Of a stretch of 64,000 nucleotides of DNA, positions 1 through 8,631 are shown in pieces. How positions within the stretch are numbered: the first letter of the stretch is position 1; each line of letters starts with the position of its first letter. A program made the position numbers and the translations under genes. Source of the DNA: Alphaproteobacteria bacterium (GTDB lineage Bacteria > Pseudomonadota > Alphaproteobacteria > UBA7887); assembly GCA_965216755.1 (NCBI GenBank), contig CBDCGL010000011.1, positions 3,200,001 to 3,264,000 of the forward strand. The letters are read 5' to 3'. The notes beneath the pieces were generated by a model. That model searched no databases, was not told where the DNA came from, and saw only the letters and a list, made by a program, of their open reading frames with translations.

Positions 1-1
1 G

Positions 2-661
2 CGCGGTCATGGACCGACACAGCCGCCCGACGGGCATCGCGCACGAATCGAGACATATTTCGACCCGCTGCCGATATGGTATCCGCCGTTTGAAGGTGCC
101 GCGCTCGACGAAAACAGTTATCCCCTGCACGCCGTTACGCAGCGACCCATGGCCGTCTACCATTCGTGGGGCGGCCACAATGCCTGGCAGCGGCAAATAC
201 ATGGACAGAACCGCTTGTATCTGCACCGCGATCTGGGCGCGGCACTGGGCGTTGGCGACGACGACTGGGTGTGGGTCGAGAGCCATAATGGGCGCATCAA
301 AGTGCAGGTGCGCCTGATGACCGGCGTCAATCCGGACACAGTTTGGACCTGGAACGCGATCGGCAAGCAACGTGGCAGTTGGAACTTGTCGCCGCAAGCG
401 CCCGAGGCCCAACGTGGCTTCTTGCTCAACCATTTGATTGCCGAAACGCTGCCCGGCGCCGGCGAAGACTATGGCTTTGCCAACAGCGACCCGGTCACGG
501 GCCAAGCCGCGTGGTATGATTTGCGCGTGCGCATCGAGCGCGCCGGTGCCGGCGCCGGCCACACGGAACCCCTAGTCCAGGCGCTGGATCGCTTGCCGGG
601 ATTGACCCGTGCGCCGTCGGTTTTGCGCGTCGGTCAGCAATTTAGGTCGCGCGCGCGATGA
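2..661 (+). CDS. soeA: Molybdopterin oxidoreductase catalytic subunit, C-terminal part (SoeA-like); truncated by window start
   Basis: Frame is open from base 2. Molybdopterin dinucleotide-binding domain motifs TQRPMAVYHSWG, WTWNAIGK and SDPVTGQAAWYDLRV. Followed by Fe-S and DmsC-type subunits. Confidence 0.75.
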   Translation, partial: RGHGPTQPPDGHRARIETYFDPLPIWYPPFEGAALDENSYPLHAVTQRPMAVYHSWGGHNAWQRQIHGQNRLYLHRDLGAALGVGDDDWVWVESHNGRIKVQVRLMTGVNPDTVWTWNAIGKQRGSWNLSPQAPEAQRGFLLNHLIAETLPGAGEDYGFANSDPVTGQAAWYDLRVRIERAGAGAGHTEPLVQALDRLPGLTRAPSVLRVGQQFRSRAR

Positions 662-1401
662 CCGGCTTGCCCCAAGACCCACCCGCGCGACGTTTGGGAT
701 TGGTTATCGATTTGGACACCTGCGTCGGCTGTCACGCCTGCGCGGTCAATTGCAAGGCGTGGAACAGCGGCGGTCACGCCGCGCCGTTGACCGATCTCGA
801 CGCGTATGGCACGGCGCCACGCGGGGTCTGGTTCAACCGTGTCCATGGCTATGAGGTTGATGACGGCGCGGCCGGCCGCACCGTCTATTTTCCCAAGTCT
901 TGCTTACATTGCGACAATGCCGCTTGCGTGACCGTGTGCCCGACTGGCGCCTCTTACAAGCGCGCCGCCGATGGCATCGTGCTGGTCGACGAAGACAAGT
1001 GCATCGGCTGCAAATTGTGTAGCTGGGCCTGCCCCTATGGCGCGCGCGAGTTCGACGAAGACGCCGGCGTGATGAAGAAATGCACGCTGTGTGTCGACCG
1101 CATTTACAACGACAACTTGCCCGAGCGTGATCGGGTGCCGGCCTGCGTGAGCACATGTCCGGCCTCTGCGCGTCATTTCGGCGATCTCGCCGATCCCGAC
1201 TCGGCGGTCTCAAAGTTGGTGGCGGAACGGGGCGGTTACGACCTGATGGCGACCATGGACTATCGACCCACCAACAAATATCTGCCGCCGCGGCCGCGCC
1301 GTAGACCCGCCAGCGATGACGCGGCGCCACCGGCCTTGGCGCCGACCGCGCCCGCCGAAGGCAAGTTCCTGCAGTGGGTTGATCGTTTGTTTTCACGCTA
1401 A
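658..1401 (+). CDS. soeB: 4Fe-4S dicluster electron-transfer subunit (SoeB/DmsB-like)
   Basis: CVGCHAC, CLHCDNAACVTVCP, CIGCKLCSWACP and CTLC..CVSTCP motifs; ATGA overlap with the upstream gene. Confidence 0.8.
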   Translation: MTGLPQDPPARRLGLVIDLDTCVGCHACAVNCKAWNSGGHAAPLTDLDAYGTAPRGVWFNRVHGYEVDDGAAGRTVYFPKSCLHCDNAACVTVCPTGASYKRAADGIVLVDEDKCIGCKLCSWACPYGAREFDEDAGVMKKCTLCVDRIYNDNLPERDRVPACVSTCPASARHFGDLADPDSAVSKLVAERGGYDLMATMDYRPTNKYLPPRPRRRPASDDAAPPALAPTAPAEGKFLQWVDRLFSR

Positions 1402-1422
1402 TCTTTAATCAGTAAACGATCC

Positions 1423-2361
1423 ATGCATCCGGCTTATTCGATCATTTTTTTTACCGTGGCGTCTGGCGCCGGCTTTGGATTGATCGCCGTCGCGGCCGCG
1501 ACCTATTTGGTCAGCGACGTGACCGCGGTCATCGGCCCGACATTGGCCGCGTTGGTGACCGGCGTTACCGCCGCCGCCGGTGGACTGATTTCGTCGACTT
1601 ACCATCTTGGTCGTCCGGAACGGGCCTTGCGGGCCTTCACCCAGTGGCGCACATCGTGGCTATCGCGTGAAGCCATCGCGGCGGTCGCCGCGCTTGCCGT
1701 AACCGCCGTGTTTTTCGTCTGCCTGCTGGTGTCCGGTTTGCGTGGCCTTGTTGGTTTGAGCGCGATTCTGAGTTTGGGCCTGGCTGCCATCACGGTCTTT
1801 TTTACGGCGATGATCTACGCCTCGCTGCGCCCCATCGCCGCGTGGCATTTGCCGCATGTACCCCTCATATATCTCAGCCTCGCGGCGATGACGGGGGCGT
1901 TGTGGTTCAATGTGATGGTCGGGCTATTTGGCCGAATCGGTCCCGGATTGGTCGCCGTGGCGGTGACCCTTACCTTGGGATCGTGGCTGCTCAAGCGAGT
2001 CTATTGGCGGACGATCGATGGCACCGACAACGTCGACGGCGGCTTGGCCACCGGCCTGAGCCGAATCGGCCCGACCCAGGCGTTGGACCCACCGCACACT
2101 GAAGTCAATTATTTGCAGCGCGAAATGGGCTTCCGCGTGGCGCGCACGCACGCTCAGAAATTACGGACGACGACCGAAATTATCGGTTTCGCGCTGCCCA
2201 TCGTGCTGACTGTGTTTGCCTTGGCGCTGGGCGGGTGGGCGATCCTGTTTCTGATTCTCGCCGCGTCCGCAGCCACCGCCGGCATGCTGATTGAACGTTG
2301 GCTGTTTTTTGCGGAAGCGCGCCACAGCGTGAGCGCCTATTATGGCGCCGCGTCGGAGTGA
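1423..2361 (+). CDS. soeC: DmsC-family membrane anchor subunit (SoeC-like)
   Basis: MHPAYSIIFFT start, HLGRPERA..WRTSWLSRE, ERWLFFAEA; multiple TM helices. Confidence 0.8.
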   Translation: MHPAYSIIFFTVASGAGFGLIAVAAATYLVSDVTAVIGPTLAALVTGVTAAAGGLISSTYHLGRPERALRAFTQWRTSWLSREAIAAVAALAVTAVFFVCLLVSGLRGLVGLSAILSLGLAAITVFFTAMIYASLRPIAAWHLPHVPLIYLSLAAMTGALWFNVMVGLFGRIGPGLVAVAVTLTLGSWLLKRVYWRTIDGTDNVDGGLATGLSRIGPTQALDPPHTEVNYLQREMGFRVARTHAQKLRTTTEIIGFALPIVLTVFALALGGWAILFLILAASAATAGMLIERWLFFAEARHSVSAYYGAASE

Positions 2362-2477
2362 TGGCCGACCGCGCCCGGAACGGACATCGTTGTGGGCCAG
2401 GCGACGCGGTATGAGAACCGATCGGGACGTTCTAACCTGTGGCACGAATTTGGGGGACAGACATCGTGGATCCAGCA

Positions 2478-2729
2478 ATGGGATTGATTATTAGCCTGGT
2501 CGTCGGCGCGGTCGGCGGCATTATCGCCGGGATGATATTTCCGAAAATCAGCCTCGGCAATCTGTGGAACGCGGTTGCCGGCATCTTCGGCGGCGGCATT
2601 GGCGGGCAGATCCTGGGCCTGATCGGGCTGGGCGGCACCGGTTTGATCGGTGGCATTATCGCCGCCGCGATTGGCGGCGCCGTATTGCTGTTGATCGTCG
2701 GGTTGGTGCGTCAGGCACTCGGCCGTTGA
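2478..2729 (+). CDS. Small Gly-rich membrane protein (GlsB/YeaQ/YmgE-like)
   Basis: Three Gly-rich hydrophobic segments ending AAIGGAVLLLIVGLV; start may instead be GTG 2466. Confidence 0.7.
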   Translation: MGLIISLVVGAVGGIIAGMIFPKISLGNLWNAVAGIFGGGIGGQILGLIGLGGTGLIGGIIAAAIGGAVLLLIVGLVRQALGR

Positions 2730-3613
2730 GACTTGGATAAAGTCGACCGGGGCGCGCGGCTAACCAACGCGATCCCAGCGATAATCAGCACCAGTGCGAT
2801 GATGTCGTTGTGTGATGGCCGCTCGCCCAGGAAGACCACACCCAAGACGACGCCGGTGACCGGAATCAAATAGTTGACCAGCGATGTCGCCGTCGCTCCG
2901 GCGGTGGCGACAAGATGCAAAAAGACAATGGTCGCGAGCGCCGTGCTCAACACGCCCAACGCGATCAAGCCTGTGATCGCGCCGAGATCGGGCGACAATG
3001 TCCATGGTGCATCGACCAACAGACTGACCGGCACGATCATCACCACGCTTGCCAGGGTCAACGCACAGGCCGCCGGCGCCGCGGGAACCGTGATCCGACG
3101 CGCCAGCACCAAATTGCAGGCATAGCTGAGGGCGCCGCCAATGACCGCAACCTTGGCCGCCAGTGCACCGGTGACTGCGCCGACCATGTCGGGCGCCACC
3201 AAAATGCAGAGGCCAACGAAACCCAGCCCGACCCCCGCCGCAACGCGCGCGCGCAACGGCTCGCCGGCGCTGAACCAATGCGCCAAGACCATGGTGAACA
3301 AGGGGACAGCGCCGATCAAAATCGCGGCGACGCCACTGTCGATCCGGGTTTGCCCCCAGCTGATCAATACAAACGGCAAGGCGTTGCCGGTCAATCCAAG
3401 CAGCACCATCAATCCGGGCTGGGCACGCCAAACGTCGGCGACAGATGTGCCCCGACCGCGCACAAAGAACCACAGGGCGAGCGCCGCGATCGCCAACCGC
3501 GTGGCGACCAAGGTGGCCGGCGGCACCGATTCGACCACAATATCGATAAGTGTGAAAGAGCCGCCCCAGAGCAGGGCGAGCAACGCCAAGAGCGCCACGT
3601 CGCGCGCGGTCAA
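2711..3613 (-). CDS. DMT/EamA family transporter
   Basis: LLWGGSF, GNALPFVLISWG, VNYLIPV..LGE; about 10 TM helices; start uncertain (TTG 3613 chosen). Confidence 0.85.
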   Translation of the reverse strand: MTARDVALLALLALLWGGSFTLIDIVVESVPPATLVATRLAIAALALWFFVRGRGTSVADVWRAQPGLMVLLGLTGNALPFVLISWGQTRIDSGVAAILIGAVPLFTMVLAHWFSAGEPLRARVAAGVGLGFVGLCILVAPDMVGAVTGALAAKVAVIGGALSYACNLVLARRITVPAAPAACALTLASVVMIVPVSLLVDAPWTLSPDLGAITGLIALGVLSTALATIVFLHLVATAGATATSLVNYLIPVTGVVLGVVFLGERPSHNDIIALVLIIAGIALVSRAPRSTLSKSQRPSA

Positions 3614-3641
3614 CGTCGCGATCCGAGGGCGTCCGAGAACG

Positions 3642-4169
3642 TCAGTGGCTGGTCGCCGGCACGCACCGACATCGACGCAATGCATCACGCAGCGCTGCCG
3701 CCAATTCAACGCGCTCGGCGCTGGTCAGGAACGTTCCGACGGTCAATCGGCGGCCGTGCGACCCCAGCATCAAACGGCTGTCATGCGCGGTCGGGCGTTC
3801 GAGTTCAACCTGCAACCAATAGGGCTGAAAGTTCCACGATTGCACGGCGCCGCCCGGAGTCACGCGGCGAACCAACAAATTCGACGGCGTCAGCCGCAAA
3901 GTTTCGACCAAACGCCCGTCGCGATAATTGAGCCGAAAAGCGATATAGAGAAGCAAGACGTCAAGGCCCAAGAATCCGGCCACGGGCCACGCGCCGGCAA
4001 TCAAGAACATCATCCCGGTGACAGCGCAGAAACCGCCGAACAGAGCCATCAAAATCAAAAAACCGCCACGATTGAGCGACCGATTCGGATGCAGAACTGC
4101 ATCGAACAACAGGTCCTCGTCGGCGCGGGCGGCGCTTTGTAGCGTGTTGGCCGGGGCTGGTTCCGTCAT
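3642..4169 (-). CDS. DUF2244 family membrane protein
   Basis: LHPNRSL..GF, GAWPVAGFLGLDV, GTFL..ER; usual divergent neighbour of nth. Confidence 0.8.
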   Translation of the reverse strand: MTEPAPANTLQSAARADEDLLFDAVLHPNRSLNRGGFLILMALFGGFCAVTGMMFLIAGAWPVAGFLGLDVLLLYIAFRLNYRDGRLVETLRLTPSNLLVRRVTPGGAVQSWNFQPYWLQVELERPTAHDSRLMLGSHGRRLTVGTFLTSAERVELAAALRDALRRCRCVPATSH

Positions 4170-4239
4170 CGGACTATGATAGGGTGTGGCCATCACCCAA
4201 GTCAAAGCGCCGCGCGGTGCCACGCGCGGCGATTGCCTC

Positions 4240-4881
4240 ATGAGCAAAGCCCGAGCCAAACAGGTTTTTGATCGATTCGCGGCGGCGGATCCATCGCCAA
4301 AGGGCGAACTCGACTACGACAATCCGTTCACTCTGTTGGTCGCGGTGGTTTTGTCCGCGCAGGCCACGGACGTCGGCGTCAACAAAGCCACGCCGGCCTT
4401 GTTTGCGGCCGCCGATACGCCGGAAAAGATGGTCGCCTTGGGTGAGGATCGCGTGCGCGACCACATCAGGTCGATCGGGCTCTATCGTAACAAAGCAAAA
4501 AATGTCGTCGCCTTGAGCCAACGCTTGATCGACGCCTTTGATAGCGCGGTGCCGGCCGACCGCGCCGCGTTAGAGACCCTGCCGGGGGTCGGCCGCAAGA
4601 CCGCCAACGTGGTGCTGAACATCGCCTTTGGCCAACCGACCATCGCCGTCGACACGCATTTGTTTCGAGTCTGCAACCGCACCGGGCTGGCGCCGGGAAA
4701 GACGCCTTTGGCCGTCGAAGAAAAACTTGAGAAAGTCGTCGCCGATGAACACAAACGGCATGCCCATCATTGGCTGATCCTGCATGGACGCTATGTATGC
4801 ACGGCGCGCAAGCCGAATTGTCCCGGCTGCCTGATCAACGATTTGTGCCGCTACAAGGCGAAGACCGGCGCCGCGGCTTGA
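4240..4881 (+). CDS. nth: Endonuclease III
   Basis: LSAQATD, HhH motif LPGVGRKTANVV, VDTH, C-terminal CTARKPNCPGCLINDLC Fe-S motif. Confidence 0.95.
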   Translation: MSKARAKQVFDRFAAADPSPKGELDYDNPFTLLVAVVLSAQATDVGVNKATPALFAAADTPEKMVALGEDRVRDHIRSIGLYRNKAKNVVALSQRLIDAFDSAVPADRAALETLPGVGRKTANVVLNIAFGQPTIAVDTHLFRVCNRTGLAPGKTPLAVEEKLEKVVADEHKRHAHHWLILHGRYVCTARKPNCPGCLINDLCRYKAKTGAAA

Positions 4882-4902
4882 CACGGCGCCGCGCCTGAGA
4901 TG

Positions 4903-5637
4903 TTACAGGCGATCGCGACGCCGCAGCCGTTCCCAGATATGAACCATCAAAGCCGTGCCATAGACCGGCCCGGCCAGGTTCAGAAGCGGCACCCAAAAAA
5001 CCACTGCAATGGCGACGCCGGCCAGCCAAATTCGGCCCCGATTGCGGCGCCGCGCGCGTGCGGCGGCGGCTGGCGACATCCGCCGTAGTGCCACCGCTTC
5101 GAAATACTCGCGGCCCAGCAACAGGCCGTTGACCGCGAAATAGAGCACAAACCCTGTGGCCAGAATCAATGGCAGGGTGACCAGATTGATCAGGGTCGAC
5201 CAAACGACCAGGCGCACACCGGCAAGGACCACCGGCGTGATCGGCATTTTCGGCGCGGCGGGCAGCGCCGGATAGTGGCGGCGCTCCACTGCCGCGGCGA
5301 TTCGGTCTTGGAAGATACCGGCCACCATGGTCGCGACCGGCGGAAATAGGATGAACGTCAACGTGATGCCGAGGCCGACACCCAAAATGCCCGCGACCCA
5401 ATCGACCAGGCTGTTCAGCCAGCCGGTTTCGAACCAAGTGATACTGGTCAAAACGGTGCCCGCGGTCAGCCAGATAAGCACAAACAGGGCCGCCGTGACC
5501 GTTAGCACTTGCAACAGGATTCGGCGCAGTGCCGGATCGAACAGATCACCTAGCGCCGTGGTGACCGCACCGATCACCGTCGCCGCCTTTTGCGCGCGTT
5601 GTTGCGCAATTTGTCTGCCGCCATCATTGTCTCCCAA
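4903..5637 (-). CDS. EI24/CysZ-like membrane protein
   Basis: AVERRHYP, NGLLLGREYFE, PLLNL..P; multi-TM. Confidence 0.75.
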   Translation of the reverse strand: MGDNDGGRQIAQQRAQKAATVIGAVTTALGDLFDPALRRILLQVLTVTAALFVLIWLTAGTVLTSITWFETGWLNSLVDWVAGILGVGLGITLTFILFPPVATMVAGIFQDRIAAAVERRHYPALPAAPKMPITPVVLAGVRLVVWSTLINLVTLPLILATGFVLYFAVNGLLLGREYFEAVALRRMSPAAAARARRRNRGRIWLAGVAIAVVFWVPLLNLAGPVYGTALMVHIWERLRRRDRL

Positions 5638-5642
5638 CCAAA

Positions 5643-5666
5643 CATTCGACTAATATTTACCGAATG
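5643..5666. promoter_or_regulatory. Imperfect 24-bp palindrome, candidate TetR operator
   Basis: CATTCG-act-AATATT-tac-CGAATG between the divergent EI24-like gene and tetR. Confidence 0.35.
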
Positions 5667-5749
5667 CACCGTCCTCCGCCCGACAAATCTGTCTGCTGTG
5701 CGCATTGTTCCGGCCCACGGCCAATCATGATGAGGCCGCGGGGTGGTCT

Positions 5750-6400
5750 GTGACGAAATCTGACCAGACGGCGGAGGCCTCGGTTTCGGATGGGCGCGCT
5801 CTGTTTGTGACCAAGATCATGCCGGTGTTTCGTGCTCATGGATATGACGGCACCAGCCTGGCCCAGTTGGCGGCCGCCTGCGGGGTGCGCAAAGCGAGCC
5901 TCTATCACCACTTTCCGGGCGGCAAAGACGAGATCGCCAACGCGGCGTTGGATCATTGCGCCGCCTGGTTCGACGATCATGTCTTTCGCCCGTTACGGTC
6001 CGACCAGCGGCCGGCGGCGCGCTTTGCCGCCATGCTCGACACGCTGGACGACCATTATCAAACTGGCGCCGCGCCGTGCTTGTTTGGCGCCTTCGCGACA
6101 ACCGCCACACGTGATCGATTTGCAACAAAAATTGCCGATTTCTTCGCGGCCTGGATTGCCAGCTTGGGCGCGACCCTGACCGACGGCGGCGTGCCGCCGG
6201 AAGACGCGGTGCGCCGGGCGGCCGATATTGTCATGGATATTGAGGGCGCGATTCTCATGTCCCGGGCTTTGGGAACGACAGGGCCTTTTCGCCGATTGAT
6301 AAGGCGGCTTCAGTCGGGATTGCCGGCGCCGGCCGCAGGCGCCGACCACGACGCGACCGAAAGCGATCAGGCGCCGATCCGCCTTGCCGCGCACGGGTGA
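5750..6400 (+). CDS. TetR/AcrR family transcriptional regulator
   Basis: HTH FRAHGYDGTSLAQLA..KASLYHHFPGGK; start uncertain. Confidence 0.9.
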   Translation: MTKSDQTAEASVSDGRALFVTKIMPVFRAHGYDGTSLAQLAAACGVRKASLYHHFPGGKDEIANAALDHCAAWFDDHVFRPLRSDQRPAARFAAMLDTLDDHYQTGAAPCLFGAFATTATRDRFATKIADFFAAWIASLGATLTDGGVPPEDAVRRAADIVMDIEGAILMSRALGTTGPFRRLIRRLQSGLPAPAAGADHDATESDQAPIRLAAHG

Positions 6401-6525
6401 GTCACGGGATCTTGGCGGGTGGTCTTGTTCGCCCCTGGGCGGCAGCTATACTGCGCGCGAATTGCACCGCCGTGCGCCGCGCGCGGGACTGGTTTTGTTG
6501 ACCCCATATTGCACCTAGGATCGCC

Positions 6526-7503
6526 ATGACCCAATCCATCACCGACGTGATCGGCATCGGCAACGCCATCGTCGACGTGCTCAGCCACGCCGAGGACGAT
6601 TTCCTGGTCAGTCACGGCTTGACCAAGGGGGTCATGACGTTGATCGACGCCGAACAGGCCAACCGCCTGTACGATAATATGGGCCCGGGTGTGGAAATGT
6701 CGGGGGGTTCCGCCGCCAACACCATCGCCGGTTTGGCGTCATTGGGCGGCCACGGCGCGTTTGTAGGCAAGGTTTGCGACGACCAGCTCGGCAAGGTCTT
6801 TCGCCACGATATTCGGTCATTGGGCGTCGCGTTCGACACGTCGGCGGTGCACGACAGCGCGCCGACGGCGCGTTGCCTGATTTTGGTGACCCCCGACGCA
6901 CAGCGGACCATGAACACCTATCTGGGCGCCTGCGTCGAATTGGGACCTAACGATATTGACCCGGCGACGATCGCCGGTGCCAAGATCACCTATTTGGAAG
7001 GCTATTTGTGGGACCCGCCCGGCGCCAAAGACGCATTTCGCAAGGCTGTCGACATCGCGCGCCAAGCCGATCGTAAAGTCGCGCTATCGCTGTCTGACCC
7101 GTTTTGTGTTGATCGATATCGCCATGAATTCCGCGAATTGGTCGAACATGGTGTCGATATCGTGTTCGCCAACGAGGACGAGCTGAAATCTTTGTACGAA
7201 GTCGAAACGTTTGACGAAGGTCTGCAACATATTCGCGGCCACTGCGAAATCGCGGCTTTGACGCGCAGCGAAAAGGGATCTGTGGTCGTTTCCGGCGATG
7301 AGATCCATGTTGTCGACGCGATCCCCGTCGATCACGTGGTCGATACCACAGGGGCCGGCGATCTTTATGCCGCCGGCGTGCTCTTCGGTCTGACGCAAGG
7401 ATTGTCGCTGTATGACTGTGGCCGGATCGGCGGCATCGCCGCGGCCGAGGTGATCAGCCATTTTGGTGCCCGACCCGAGGTGCCTCTGTCGTCTCTGATC
7501 TAG
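6526..7503 (+). CDS. Adenosine kinase / PfkB family carbohydrate kinase
   Basis: GIGNAIVD, SGGSAANT, QRTMNTYLGA, DTTGAGDLYAAG. Confidence 0.9.
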   Translation: MTQSITDVIGIGNAIVDVLSHAEDDFLVSHGLTKGVMTLIDAEQANRLYDNMGPGVEMSGGSAANTIAGLASLGGHGAFVGKVCDDQLGKVFRHDIRSLGVAFDTSAVHDSAPTARCLILVTPDAQRTMNTYLGACVELGPNDIDPATIAGAKITYLEGYLWDPPGAKDAFRKAVDIARQADRKVALSLSDPFCVDRYRHEFRELVEHGVDIVFANEDELKSLYEVETFDEGLQHIRGHCEIAALTRSEKGSVVVSGDEIHVVDAIPVDHVVDTTGAGDLYAAGVLFGLTQGLSLYDCGRIGGIAAAEVISHFGARPEVPLSSLI

Positions 7504-8335
7504 GGCTTGTTGAGAATTAGGATTCCCATGGTGTTGTATTTGTGATTCAAGCTTCCTTTTGGGGGCTTTGATGACGCGTACAGTACTTTCAGACGATCAA
7601 TGGGCCAAGATGGAGCCGCATTGCTTAGGCAAGCGGACTGATCCGGGCCGCAGTGGTGATAACAACCGGTTGTTTGTCGAAGGGGTTTTGTGGAAGGCGC
7701 GGACGGGCAGTCCTTGGCGCGATCTTCCTGAAGAATTCGGCAAGTGGAACACGGTATTCAAGCGGTTTGACGATTGGTCGAAGGCGGGCGTTTTCGAACG
7801 CCTCTTTGCCGCGGTCTCGGATGACCCTGATATGGAATATGCCATGATCGACGCCACCATTGTTCCGGTCCACCGCCACGGACACGGCGCAAAAGGGGGA
7901 CTCAAAATCAAGCCATCGGCAAGTCGAAGGGAGGCTGGACCACCAAAATCCTTGCGCTGACGGATGGCTTGGGAAATCTCGTACGCTTTGTCCTGCTGGC
8001 GGGAAACCGTTACGATACGGTCGGTGTTGCGCCGCTAATCGAAGACATCGAATTCGACGCAGTGCTGGCCGATAAAGCATTCGATTCCAACTGGATCATC
8101 GAAGAGATGAATGAACGCGGGGCGCAGATCGTCATTTCGCAACGCCCCCAGAGGTTGGCCCCTCTCAAGATTGATCTGGAGATCTACAAGTGGCGCCACC
8201 TGATCGAAAACTTCTTTGCGAAGCTCAAGGAATTCAAAGCGGTCGCCATGCGTTGCGAAAAGACAGATCGTAACTTTTGTTCCATGATTCACGCATGCGC
8301 CGCGGTCATCAATTCTCGATGAATCTCAACAAGCC
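7504..8335 (+). mobile_element. IS5-family (IS427-like) insertion sequence, 832 bp
   Basis: Terminal inverted repeats GGCTTGTTGAGA / TCTCAACAAGCC, flanked by CTAG at 7500-7503 and 8336-8339; two-ORF transposase. Confidence 0.92.
7571..8322 (+). CDS. IS5-family transposase, orfA (7571-7960) plus orfB joined by a probable -1 frameshift near 7891-7899
   Basis: orfA has LSDDQW..RTGSPWRDLP..FGKWNTVFKRF..IDAT. The -1 frame continues TQNQAIGKSKGGWTTKI..LADKAFD..YKWRHLIENFFAKLKEF. AAAAGGGGG lies at the junction. Confidence 0.85.
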
Positions 8336-8554
8336 CTAGAGCAGTGTCCGACAATATTGAACCATTCTGCCGGCGCGCATTTTCGCCAAGATCAAGTCGC
8401 TGTCCGCAGGGCGTATCGGGCATACGGCCAAGGACGGCGACCACTTTGTCGGGCGGCTTGCCCGATGCGCCAGCGTCGCGCTGCGCCGCCCTTCAGGTGG
8501 ATCGCCACACCGGGCCGCGAACGGAATTGGTTTAATATTGTCGGACACTGCTCT
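8336..8554. repeat. Palindromic MITE-like element, copy 1
   Basis: Perfect 21-bp TIR AGAGCAGTGTCCGACAATATT (8338-8358 / 8534-8554); first ~100 bp and last ~45 bp nearly identical to 29589-29763. Confidence 0.85.
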
Positions 8555-8631
8555 TGCCATGGTTGCGGACTCCTGACCGGCAGCGCAATTTGTTTACCGG
8601 CAGCTGTTAAGGGAAACGGCTGGACCGGACC

